Shown here piece after piece: positions 50,691-59,915 of a stretch of 64,000 bases of DNA. Both the position numbers and the translations under genes were made by a program. Below the pieces are notes generated by a model. That model had not been told where the DNA came from. It worked only from the letters and a program-made list of their open reading frames with translations, and made no database searches. Source of the stretch: an uncultured Gemmatimonadales bacterium (GTDB lineage Bacteria > Gemmatimonadota > Gemmatimonadetes > Longimicrobiales > RSA9); NCBI GenBank assembly GCA_963798085.1, contig CAWCRS010000001.1, positions 192,001 to 256,000 on the forward strand. The letters are read 5' to 3'. Position 1 is the stretch's first letter, and every line of letters starts with the position of its first letter.

Positions 50691-51632
50691 ATGATTGCAG
50701 GCGACGTCTCACCGTCCATCATTGCTTCGTTCACGCCCGCGCAGCGCGTGGCCGCCGCGTCGCTGTTCTGCCGCACCTGGCCGGATCGGTTGCCCGAGGC
50801 CTCCCTCTGGGAAGCGGAGCAGGAGCAGCCCGGCAGGTACCGCTGCGTGGCGCTGAACACGACAGGCAATGTCATCGCCCTTGCCAGCGCCTGGCACACG
50901 GGTGCGCACAAGTTCCGCATGGACCTGGTCGTGGAACCCGGACAGCGCCGGCGAGGACTGGGTAACATGCTGTTGGAGCAGCTGCTGACCGCTGCGCAGG
51001 CCATGGATGCGGCCACCCTGCAGGCCCGCGCCGGCAGCGACAACGCCGCGGCTCTCGAGTTCCTGCAGCGGCGGGGATTCCGCGAGACCATGCGCATGCA
51101 CTGCATGTCGCTGCGCCTGGAAAGCGCCGGCACGCCGGACTCCGCGGACATCGAGGACAGCCTCGCGGTGCACGGCATATCCATCACCACAATGCAGGCC
51201 GAGCTGATGCACGGCGACGGCGACTTCTGGGGCAGGCTGGGTGAGGCCTATGATGCGGCCGGTGACGAATGGCCCGATCCGGATCCGGGCGGTCCGAGAG
51301 AACCGCTCACCGCGGAGCGCGTTCGCGAAATGCTGAACCGCTGGCACGTGATCCCGGAGGCTCTGTTCGTCGCCCGCCATGACGCGCGCTACGTGGGCTT
51401 CACCGGGCTGGGACGTGCCAACCGCTCGATCGGCACCGGCGTGCACCCGCAGTTCCGCAACCTCGGCATTGCTACGGCGCTCAAGCTTCGTGTGCTCGAC
51501 TACGCACGCGCGCACGGCATCACGCAGCTCGAGTCCGCCAGCGGCAATCCCGCCATGCTGCGCGTCAACGGCAAGCTCGGCTTCCGCACGCACGCCATCG
51601 AGGTCCGACTCGTGCGCAGGCTGCGCCCATGA
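50691..51632 (+). CDS. Tandem GNAT family N-acetyltransferase
   Basis: Motifs VEPGQRRRGLG and TGVHPQFRNLGIATALK..NPAMLRVNGKLGF. Confidence 0.88.
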   Translation: MIAGDVSPSIIASFTPAQRVAAASLFCRTWPDRLPEASLWEAEQEQPGRYRCVALNTTGNVIALASAWHTGAHKFRMDLVVEPGQRRRGLGNMLLEQLLTAAQAMDAATLQARAGSDNAAALEFLQRRGFRETMRMHCMSLRLESAGTPDSADIEDSLAVHGISITTMQAELMHGDGDFWGRLGEAYDAAGDEWPDPDPGGPREPLTAERVREMLNRWHVIPEALFVARHDARYVGFTGLGRANRSIGTGVHPQFRNLGIATALKLRVLDYARAHGITQLESASGNPAMLRVNGKLGFRTHAIEVRLVRRLRP

Positions 51633-52345
51633 GATTCGTTTGCCATCGCGACGGACCGGGCGCCGGCCGCTCTGCTTCACACGGCGCGGTCCGCGCACTG
51701 GCCGCATTCGCGCTGCTCGTGTGTCCGTTGCCGCTGCGCGCGCAGAATGCCAATGCGCTCGGATCCGCCGCCTGGAGTCATATGCACATGGTGCTCGAGA
51801 AGACCATCTTCCAGGTGGACGTGCTCATGCTGGACGTCTGTCTCAATGCGTCCACGGCCGCGCGCGTCGCGACACTCGCGCCCCGCGCCGGTCGCGCGCC
51901 TGCCGCGGACTCCATCGCGCGCGCCGTGCTCGCTGCGTCGCACGCTTCCGCCCGCATCCGCATCTTGCGCGATCTTGCCTATGGGCGCTTCCTGAGCGGC
52001 ATGTCCAATGAATTGCAGCACGCGGCCGAGACGGGGTTCCTCGCCGACACGACCTTCCGCTCCATTCGTGCGTCGCTGCCCGACTGGTACTCGTTCCTCG
52101 AGAACCGCGACCTGCACGATGGCGATCAGATCCTTTATCGCTTCCGCGCCGATTCGTTGCGCGTCACGTACATCGCCCAATCCGGCGACACGCTGATGAC
52201 GCGGTCGAGTATCGGCCGCGAGCGCCGTAATTCCGTGCTTGCCACCTGGTTCGCACGCGGCTCCAGCTTCCGCAAACGACTGCTCGAGTCGCTGAACGGC
52301 TCCGCCGGCGAGCCCGCGTCGCCCGCCTGCGACGCGCACTCCTGA
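51629..52345 (+). CDS. Secreted hypothetical protein, possibly chalcone-isomerase-like fold
   Basis: Signal-like N-terminus, ATGA overlap with the GNAT gene, weak pattern similarity only (DLHDGDQILY, VLATWF). Confidence 0.6.
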   Translation: MRFVCHRDGPGAGRSASHGAVRALAAFALLVCPLPLRAQNANALGSAAWSHMHMVLEKTIFQVDVLMLDVCLNASTAARVATLAPRAGRAPAADSIARAVLAASHASARIRILRDLAYGRFLSGMSNELQHAAETGFLADTTFRSIRASLPDWYSFLENRDLHDGDQILYRFRADSLRVTYIAQSGDTLMTRSSIGRERRNSVLATWFARGSSFRKRLLESLNGSAGEPASPACDAHS

Positions 52346-52525
52346 CCTGCCGCACACCACCCGCCACGCACGCCTCATCCTCGCCTGGCATCGCTGCGGC
52401 CCCGGCGCGGCGCATTCCTGAAACCGCAAGCAGTGGCCGTCCGTTCAGTCAGAATCCATGCACGGTCGCTGCGCACCGCCATGACCGGCGCACGGTCCCT
52501 GCCCCACCCCAGCAGGCGGACAGCC

Positions 52526-53449
52526 ATGAGCGTGATCGAGACCACGGGCCTCACCAAGCGATTTCGCCAGCAGCTCGCGGTGGACGACGTTTCCTTCTGC
52601 GTCGAGCCCGGCCAGATCTTCGGCTTCCTCGGCCCTAACGGCAGTGGCAAGACGACGACGATCGGCATGCTGCTGGGCATCATTACGCCCAGCGCCGGCA
52701 GCTTCCGCCTGCTCGGGCAGGGAAGCAGACGCGGCCTGAACCTGGCGAGGCAGCGCGTGGGCGCCACCCTGGAAACACCGAATTTCTATCCGTACCTCAG
52801 CGGCCGCGACAATCTGCGCATTGTCGCCAATGTCAAACGCGTCGCGCACGCGCGCATTGCCGAAGTGCTCGACATCGTGGGCCTGGGCACGCGCGGCCGC
52901 GACCGCTTCGGCACCTACTCGCTGGGCATGAAGCAGCGCCTGGCCCTCGCCGCCACGATGCTCGGTGATCCCGAGCTGGTCATACTCGATGAGCCGGCCA
53001 ACGGTCTGGATCCCGAGGGCATGCGCGAAATCCGCGAGATCATCCTGCGCCTGCACGACACGGGCAAGACGATCTTCCTCTCGAGCCATCTGCTGTGGGA
53101 AGTCGAACGCACCTGCACACACGTGGCCATCATCAAGAAGGGCCGCATACTGCGCCAGGCCAGTGTGCGCGAGATCGTCGCCGGCACCGTGATCGCAGGT
53201 ATTCGCGGCGGCAACCCGGAAACGCTGCGTCGCATTGTCGCCGACTATCCCGCCACGGTGTCCACCGCGCTCGAGGAGGACATGGTCATGGTAGAGCTGC
53301 GCGATGATGACCTCGCCTCGCTCAACGCCTTCGCCGCCGCGCACGGCGTACATCTCTCGCACCTCGCGCTCCGCCAGCGCAGCCTCGAAGAGGTGTTCAT
53401 CGAAATGACCGGTGATGCCCTGCCGCAACCCGTCGGAGGTGCCGCATGA
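52526..53449 (+). CDS. ABC transporter ATP-binding protein
   Basis: Motifs GPNGSGKTT, YSLGMKQR, ILDEPANGLD and SSH. Confidence 0.95.
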   Translation: MSVIETTGLTKRFRQQLAVDDVSFCVEPGQIFGFLGPNGSGKTTTIGMLLGIITPSAGSFRLLGQGSRRGLNLARQRVGATLETPNFYPYLSGRDNLRIVANVKRVAHARIAEVLDIVGLGTRGRDRFGTYSLGMKQRLALAATMLGDPELVILDEPANGLDPEGMREIREIILRLHDTGKTIFLSSHLLWEVERTCTHVAIIKKGRILRQASVREIVAGTVIAGIRGGNPETLRRIVADYPATVSTALEEDMVMVELRDDDLASLNAFAAAHGVHLSHLALRQRSLEEVFIEMTGDALPQPVGGAA

Positions 53450-54277
53450 GCGCGCGTATCCTGCTGAAGAACGAAACCATCAAGAATGACGCGTTTCCTG
53501 CCCTTCCGCGTCACGATGCTCGCGTTTCTCGCGCTCCTGAGCCTCGCCTTCATTCAGCGGCACCTCGCGTCCATCCGCGTGCGCCAGCCAATGCCTTTCG
53601 CGTTGCCCGCGGCATGGAACGACATTCTGGGCGACCCGGCGCAGATCAGCCTCTTCTTCCTGAGTCTCCTGCTCGTGCTGCTCATCGCCAACGAGTTCAG
53701 CTGGCGCACGGCCAGGCAGAACGTGATCGACGGCCTCTCCAAGGAAGAGTGGTTCACCGGCAAGCTGCTGATCGTGCCCATGGTCGCCTTGCTCTTCTTC
53801 ATTCTGCTCGTGGGCATGGGCGCCGGCATTGCGGCGCTCGGTCCCGATGCGCCGCGCACGCTGCCTCTCATTCGCGGCGCCGATCTCCGCCTCATGGGCG
53901 GTCTCCTGCTCTGCCAGCTGGGCTACGGCGCCATTGCGCTGCTCATTGCCACCAATGTGCGTGCGCCCGGCTCCGCCATTGGCGTGTTCTTCCTGTACGC
54001 GGTCTTCGTCGAACGCCTCATCGGCGGCGCACTGCGCAGCGCGGGCGGCGTGCTGGCTTCAGTCGCGAGCTTCCTGCCCACCGCCGTCTTCAATGCGCTG
54101 GTCGAGCGCGTACAGTGGGATCCGCAGGCACTGGCGCAGCGCAACGAGGTGCTGGCACGCGCAGGTCGTCCGCCCGTGGAATTGCTGGACTCGCGCCTGC
54201 TCATTGCCGCGGCGGTGTTGTGGGCAGCATTGCTGATCGCCATCGCCTTCACCAGCTTCCGCCGACGCGATCTCTGA
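53446..54277 (+). CDS. ABC-2 type transporter permease; frameshift at ~53486
   Basis: MSARILLKNETIK joins MTRFLPF if one A is removed. Motif NEFSWRTARQNVIDGLSK. Confidence 0.88.
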
Positions 54278-54289
54278 TCGGAGGAGCCC

Positions 54290-57031
54290 ATGACTGCCAC
54301 GTTGCGCGCAGCACTCGCAATCTCCCTCTGCACACTGTGGCTGCCCGCAACGGGCACGGCGCAAAACACCTCGCCTGACCGCTGGACCATGGATGACATC
54401 CTGGGCGCGGAGTCCGCCGGCGGCTTCGACATTTCCCGCGACGGCCGCTTCGTGGTCTGGACGAAGTCGGAACTCGACCGCGAAAAGTCGCGTCGCTTCT
54501 CCAACCTGTGGATCACCCGCATTGCCGACGGCGAGACCTGGGCGCTCACGCACGGCAAGGATGCCTTCGGCTCGCCGCAGTTCTCGCCTAACAGCGAGCT
54601 CATCGTCTTCACCTCGTCGCGCGAGGCGCCCGACAAGTCGCCGGATGCGGCGGGCAGCCAGCTGTGGGCCATGCGGATGGACGGCGGCGAGGCATGGCCG
54701 CTGACCACCACACTGCGCGGCCTCCGCCAGTTCGAATGGAAAGGCAGCAGCAATGACACGCTCATCTTCAGCGCGCAGGAGGCCCTCAGCGAGTACGACC
54801 GCGCGAAGAAGAAGCGCGAGGACACGGCCTACGCGGTCGAAGATACGCTGGACAACCCGCCCGTACGGCTCTGGTCGCTGGCACTCGAGAGCAAGGCGAT
54901 CCGCAGGATCACTGATAACCACGATCCCGTCCAGTCCATGACATTGTCCGAGGACGGCACGCACGCGCTCACGCGCAATACTGTGTCGCTCTCCTACGGC
55001 TATGACGAGAAGCAGCCGCCCAACTCCTTCATTGTCGACCTCGCGACCGGTCAGCGCCGCGAGATCCTGCACCAGCCCGTCAACCTCGGCGGCCGCCAGT
55101 ACCGCGTGGTGCCGGGCGAAGCCGAGTGGACGCGCGATGGCCGCGGCATCTTCATCGGCTACGCCTACTCGACGCACCCGATCTACCGCTCCGCCAGTGT
55201 CGAACGCTTCGGCTACTATGACGTCGCTGCCGATCGCTTCGAGCCCATCGACCTGGCATGGCCGCGCGAGCTGGGTGGCTTCGAGGTCGTGCCCGATGGT
55301 TTTGTCGCGCTGCTCGAGGACGGCGTGCGCGTCAAGCCCGCACGCTACACGCGCGCCAGTCCCGGCAATGACGGCGATGGCAACGGCTGGACGCGCACGT
55401 GGATCGAAGGCGAGCCCGCCGGCCACTTCACCAGCTGGACCGTTTCCCACGATGGCCGCACTGTTGCCTACAACTTGTCGAGTGCGACGACGCCGCCTCA
55501 GCCCTTCGTCGCCACGCTCGAAGGCAATCGCATCACCGGCCCGAAGCGACTCGCGGAGCTGAACCCGTCATTCGCGAAGAAGCACGCCGTACGCGCCGAA
55601 GTCGTGCACTGGAAGGGCGCGCGCGGCGACAGTGTCGAGGGCATTCTCTACTATCCGTTCGACTACCAGGAAGGGCGACGCTACCCGCTCATCCAGAGCA
55701 TTCACGGCGGACCCGTCGGCGCGGATCGCGATGCCTGGACTTCCAGCTGGGCGTACCCGCTCGTGCTGTACATGCAGAAGGGCGCATTCGCGCTCAAGAC
55801 CAACTATCACGGCAGCTCCTCCTACGGCCTCGACTGGGTAGAGTCCATCGGCAACGGTCGCTACTACGACCTGGAAGTGCCCGACCTCGAGAAAGGCGCG
55901 GATGCGCTGATCGCGCGCGGGCTCGTGCACCCCGACAGCATTGCCACCGCAGGCTGGAGCAATGGCGCCATCCTGTCCACCGCGCTCAATGTCGCCGATC
56001 CGCAGCGCTACAAGGCCGCCATTGTGGGCGCCGGCGACGTCGAGTGGATCAGCGACTGGGGCAACGTCGACTTTGGCGCTTCCTTCGATAACTACTATTT
56101 CGGCAAGAGCCCGCTCGAGGATCCGCAGCTCTACATCCAGAAGAGCCCGTACTTCAAGCTGGATCGCGTGCGCACGCCCACGCTGCTGTTCACCGGCACG
56201 GAAGACCGCAATGTCCCGCCCAGTCAGAGCTGGAGCCATTTCCGCGCGCTGCAGCAGCTGGGTCACGTGCCCACCCGCCTGGTCCTGTTCCCGGGCGAGC
56301 CGCACGGCCTGGGCCAGCTGGCGCACCAGCGGCGCAAGATCGAGGAAGAGATGCGCTGGCTGGACCGCTATCTCTGGGGCCGTCCTGACACCAGCAACCT
56401 GGCACTCGCCGATAACTCGCCATTAGCCGGCCTGCTGCGCCTGCGCGATGCCCGCCGCGATGGCGCCCGCCTGGGTGAGCTGCATAACGGAGTGCTGGCG
56501 CCGGAGGTTGTGGCGCGCGGCAAACTGCAGGCGGGCCGCTTCGAGGTCACGCGCGCCCAGTGGCACGAATTCGATCCCGCGTATGTCGTGAGCCCCGGAA
56601 CGGACAACTATCCCGCCGGCGGCATCACCTTCGAGCGGGCACAGGAGTACGTGCGCTGGCTGGCGCAGAAGACCGGCATCGCATACCGCCTGCCAACAAA
56701 GGCGGAGCGCGCCGCGCTGGGCGGCAGTGGCGGCAATACGCTGGACTGGTGGGCCGGCTACAGTGTGAACCCCGATGATGCGGCTCGGCTGCGCGCGCTC
56801 CTGGCCACGCTGCCCGGCGCCTCGCCGCTGCTGCGCGAGGCCGGCGCCAGCAGCGACGCTTCCGGCAGTCCCGCGCTGTACGACCTGGGCGGCAATGTGG
56901 CGGAATGGGTGACGGGCGAGCATGGCGGCGAGCTGGCGGGCGGCAGTGCGGATCAACCCGCGGACCGCAGCGCGGGGCCGCTCCAGGCAACACCGCCTTA
57001 TCGCGGCCTGCGTATCGTCGTCGCCAGCTGA
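54290..57031 (+). CDS. S9 family peptidase with C-terminal FGE-sulfatase (SUMF1-like) domain
   Basis: Peptidase motifs IHGGP, GWSNGA, DRNVP and GEPHG, then FEVTRAQW, YRLPT.AE and LYDLGGNVAEW. Confidence 0.9.
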   Translation: MTATLRAALAISLCTLWLPATGTAQNTSPDRWTMDDILGAESAGGFDISRDGRFVVWTKSELDREKSRRFSNLWITRIADGETWALTHGKDAFGSPQFSPNSELIVFTSSREAPDKSPDAAGSQLWAMRMDGGEAWPLTTTLRGLRQFEWKGSSNDTLIFSAQEALSEYDRAKKKREDTAYAVEDTLDNPPVRLWSLALESKAIRRITDNHDPVQSMTLSEDGTHALTRNTVSLSYGYDEKQPPNSFIVDLATGQRREILHQPVNLGGRQYRVVPGEAEWTRDGRGIFIGYAYSTHPIYRSASVERFGYYDVAADRFEPIDLAWPRELGGFEVVPDGFVALLEDGVRVKPARYTRASPGNDGDGNGWTRTWIEGEPAGHFTSWTVSHDGRTVAYNLSSATTPPQPFVATLEGNRITGPKRLAELNPSFAKKHAVRAEVVHWKGARGDSVEGILYYPFDYQEGRRYPLIQSIHGGPVGADRDAWTSSWAYPLVLYMQKGAFALKTNYHGSSSYGLDWVESIGNGRYYDLEVPDLEKGADALIARGLVHPDSIATAGWSNGAILSTALNVADPQRYKAAIVGAGDVEWISDWGNVDFGASFDNYYFGKSPLEDPQLYIQKSPYFKLDRVRTPTLLFTGTEDRNVPPSQSWSHFRALQQLGHVPTRLVLFPGEPHGLGQLAHQRRKIEEEMRWLDRYLWGRPDTSNLALADNSPLAGLLRLRDARRDGARLGELHNGVLAPEVVARGKLQAGRFEVTRAQWHEFDPAYVVSPGTDNYPAGGITFERAQEYVRWLAQKTGIAYRLPTKAERAALGGSGGNTLDWWAGYSVNPDDAARLRALLATLPGASPLLREAGASSDASGSPALYDLGGNVAEWVTGEHGGELAGGSADQPADRSAGPLQATPPYRGLRIVVAS

Positions 57032-57040
57032 TCGCAGCAC

Positions 57041-57841
57041 GTGAGCGGCCCGCAACCGTGTTCCGTGATCGCGCACCGCGGCGCATCGGGATACGCGCCC
57101 GAACACACCTTCGCCGCCTGGGATCTCGCGCTCCGGATGGGGGCCGATTACCTCGAGCAGGACCTGCAGATGACGGCGGACGGCGTGCTCGTCGTGCTGC
57201 ACGATGAGACGCTGGACCGCACGGCGAGCGGGCCTGGCTGCCGCGGCGCCGTGCGCGCGCAGCCGTGGTCGCAGCTCGTCGACTGCAATGTGGGCTCCTG
57301 GTTCAATGCATCACACCCGGACCGCGCCAGGCCTGACTACGCACAGCAGCGACTGGCCACCCTGGACCAGGTGTTAGCCCGCTACCAGGAGCGGGCACGT
57401 TACTATATCGAGACCAAGAAGCCGGCCGCGGCGCCCGGTATGGAACGCGAGCTGCTGCGCCTGCTGACGGCGCACGACTTGCGTCCTCGTTTTTCCGGCG
57501 ATGATCGCGTGATTGTACAATCCTTCAGCAGCCGGAGTCTGCGTCTGATCCATGACATGGACCCGGGCATCCCGCTGGTGCAGCTGCTGCACCGCCGGGA
57601 ACCGAAGGCAACGCAGCGCCTGCGACTCGGGCGAATTGCCGCGTACGCGTACGGTATCGGTCCGGCGAAGGAGCGCGTGGATGGCTCGCTGTTATCGGCA
57701 GCGCACCAGCTCGGCCTCGTCGTTCACCCCTGGACCGTCAATGACGAGCCTGAGATGCGCCGGCTGCTCGAGCTGGGCGTTGATGGCATGTTCACCGACT
57801 ATCCGGATCGCCTGATCGCACTGCGGTCGGACACTGCCTGA
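57041..57841 (+). CDS. Glycerophosphodiester phosphodiesterase
   Basis: Motifs IAHRGASGYAPEHT, EQDLQMTADG..HD, IETK and GVDGMFTDYPD. Confidence 0.95.
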   Translation: MSGPQPCSVIAHRGASGYAPEHTFAAWDLALRMGADYLEQDLQMTADGVLVVLHDETLDRTASGPGCRGAVRAQPWSQLVDCNVGSWFNASHPDRARPDYAQQRLATLDQVLARYQERARYYIETKKPAAAPGMERELLRLLTAHDLRPRFSGDDRVIVQSFSSRSLRLIHDMDPGIPLVQLLHRREPKATQRLRLGRIAAYAYGIGPAKERVDGSLLSAAHQLGLVVHPWTVNDEPEMRRLLELGVDGMFTDYPDRLIALRSDTA

Positions 57842-58005
57842 ACCCCGCTCGCTGCCGGCTCTCCCCTGTAGGACTTTTTCCTAGGTGAAGATTACCCATC
57901 CGCGCCCGACCGACAGTCGGTATCGTGGAGTGGCGATAACAGCTCATGACAAGCCTGGGTTTCTAGTCTCCGGCGGGGCGTTCGGCGAACCCTGCGCCGG
58001 TACGC

Positions 58006-59089
58006 ATGAATCCGTACGGGGGATCGATGACGCGGACCAGCCGGGCGATCGGGACAGCAGGTGAGAGCCGTGTCCTGATCGTTGCGCACGATGAGGAAAG
58101 TGCGCGGCCGTTGCAGCAGGCGCTGCAGGCAGTCGGGATCCGCAACATCGAGATCCTGAATGACGCGCGGCGGGCGCTACCTTCGTTCCGTCAACTGGCG
58201 CCCGATATCGTCGTTCTGGAATCCGCCCTCGAACAAATGGACCCGTTGTCCCTGATGAAACAGATCCACGCGCGCGTTCCCGAGGATCAGTTCCTGCCCT
58301 TCATTGTGCTCTCGCCCGGGCCGGAAGCGCCGCTCAAGCGGACTGCGCTGGAAGAAGGGCTTCCGGCATTCTTCGAAGACACCCACAGCCCCGACGACAT
58401 CGCCCTGCTCGTGAGCGAGCTGACGTCGATCCGTCGCCAGGGGTTCGATCTGTTGTCGGCGGCGCGCGTGCGTACGGCCAGGGCGGACGCGACGGAAGTC
58501 GAAGTCGCGCGTCACCTCGCGCGCTTCGCCGAGTTCAAGGACCACCCCTACAGCGGGCATGTGCACCGCGTGGGTCACCTGTCGGGCCTGATCGGTCTGC
58601 TGCTCGGTCTCGCGACGGAAGATGTCGAGACCATTCGCCTCGCCGCTCCACTCCACGACGTGGGCAAGATCGGAATTCCCGACTCCATCCTGGACAAGGA
58701 GGAGCCGCTCACGCTCGAGGAGATGGATGTCGTCAAGACCCACACCACACTGGGCGCAACCATCCTCGCCGGCAGCTCGACGAAGCTGTTCCAGATGGCC
58801 GAGGAGATCGCGCTCTATCACCACGAGAACTGGGACGGCACCGGCTACACGCCCGGGCTCGAAGGCGAATCCATTCCACTCATTGGCCGCATCGTGCGAG
58901 TGGTCGATGCCTTCGAATGCCATCACCAGCGCTCGACCTTTCGCCGAACAATGGCGCCGCGACAGCGCCATTGAGTTCATTCGCAGTCAAGCCGGTCAGG
59001 CCTTCGATCCGCGCGTCGTCGACGCATTCCTCGAGGCCCAGGAAGAAGCCGAGGAGTCCGCCGACGAAGTGGCCCGGGGCCTCATCTGA
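58006..59089 (+). CDS. Degenerate receiver domain + HD-GYP phosphodiesterase; frameshift at ~58917
   Basis: Motifs LHDVGKIGIPD and HHENWDGTGYT. Removing one A restores DAFDAITSARPF..QAGQAFDPRVVDAF. Confidence 0.88.
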
Positions 59090-59106
59090 AAGGGCAGCGC
59101 TGAAAC

Positions 59107-59574
59107 ATGGATCGCGACCCGGAAGAACCTCGTTACATGCGCGCGCGAAACGGCAATCACGCGAACGGCAGGGATGGCGGCCGTCCGGAAGGGCACGCGC
59201 GTACCACACCCGCGCACCTGACCGCCGAGTCCAACAGCCTGTTGCGGCCCGAGACACAGCGGCTGCTGCGCGAATTCACGGCCACCCCGGCGATTTTCGA
59301 GTGCCCGGTCAGTCTTACACGCGAGGAAGCCCGCTCCATTCTCGGGATGATCGAAACCCGCTGGGTGGTCTCGCGCGCATGGGCGCGCACCATCGAGTGG
59401 GCGCTGCGTTACGCGTGCATTGCGCAACAGCTCGCAAGCCGCGCCGGCTTCCCCGCGTACGCGCGCTGGATCCAGAAGCACCGCATCGACCCCATGCGCG
59501 TGCTCCATGGCGAACTGACCGACGATACGCTCGGGCGTGATGGGCAGTCCGATACCGTGCTGGCGACCGGATGA
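59107..59574 (+). CDS. Hypothetical protein
   Basis: 155-aa ORF 17 nt after the HD-GYP gene, GC3-rich codons, no recognised family. Confidence 0.6.
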   Translation: MDRDPEEPRYMRARNGNHANGRDGGRPEGHARTTPAHLTAESNSLLRPETQRLLREFTATPAIFECPVSLTREEARSILGMIETRWVVSRAWARTIEWALRYACIAQQLASRAGFPAYARWIQKHRIDPMRVLHGELTDDTLGRDGQSDTVLATG

Positions 59575-59678
59575 CCCTGCGACGCCCACACGACTTCAAA
59601 ACGTTCCCCTGGATCCGCTAACAATGGCGGATCTGACCACTGTGCCGTAAGGCACACCCCTGAGGAGGCGGTACCACC

Positions 59679-59837
59679 ATGCAGAACACCAACGTGTTGC
59701 GGATCGGCAAGTTCCTGCTGGCAGTGGCCCTGGTTTCGATCGCGGCCGCATGCAGCGCCTCGCCCCTCGAGCCCAAGACGTACGACGACGGCCCGGGCGA
59801 GTGCTACCTCATGAACGGCCACTGGATCTGCCGTTGA
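59679..59837 (+). CDS. Small lipoprotein/peptide precursor (52 aa), absent from the ORF track
   Basis: RBS GAGGAGG. Translation MQNTNVLRIGKFLLAVALVSIAAACSASPLEPKTYDDGPGECYLMNGHWICR*. Confidence 0.8.
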   Translation: MQNTNVLRIGKFLLAVALVSIAAACSASPLEPKTYDDGPGECYLMNGHWICR

Positions 59838-59848
59838 TCAATGCAGCG

Positions 59849-59896
59849 CGGGTGATCCGCGGCATGTGGCCAGGGCCATGTGCCGGGGATCACCCG
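59849..59896. terminator. Long hairpin between convergent genes (candidate terminator)
   Basis: CGGGTGATCC..GGCATGTGGC pairs with GCCATGTGCC..GGATCACCCG, ~22-bp stem with G-U pairs and one mismatch. Confidence 0.65.
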
Positions 59897-59915
59897 TGTT
59901 CTGGTACTTCTGCCG

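Noticed and set aside
56480..57031. DGR target (FGE/CLec domain)
   Set aside because: No reverse transcriptase or template repeat seen in the window.
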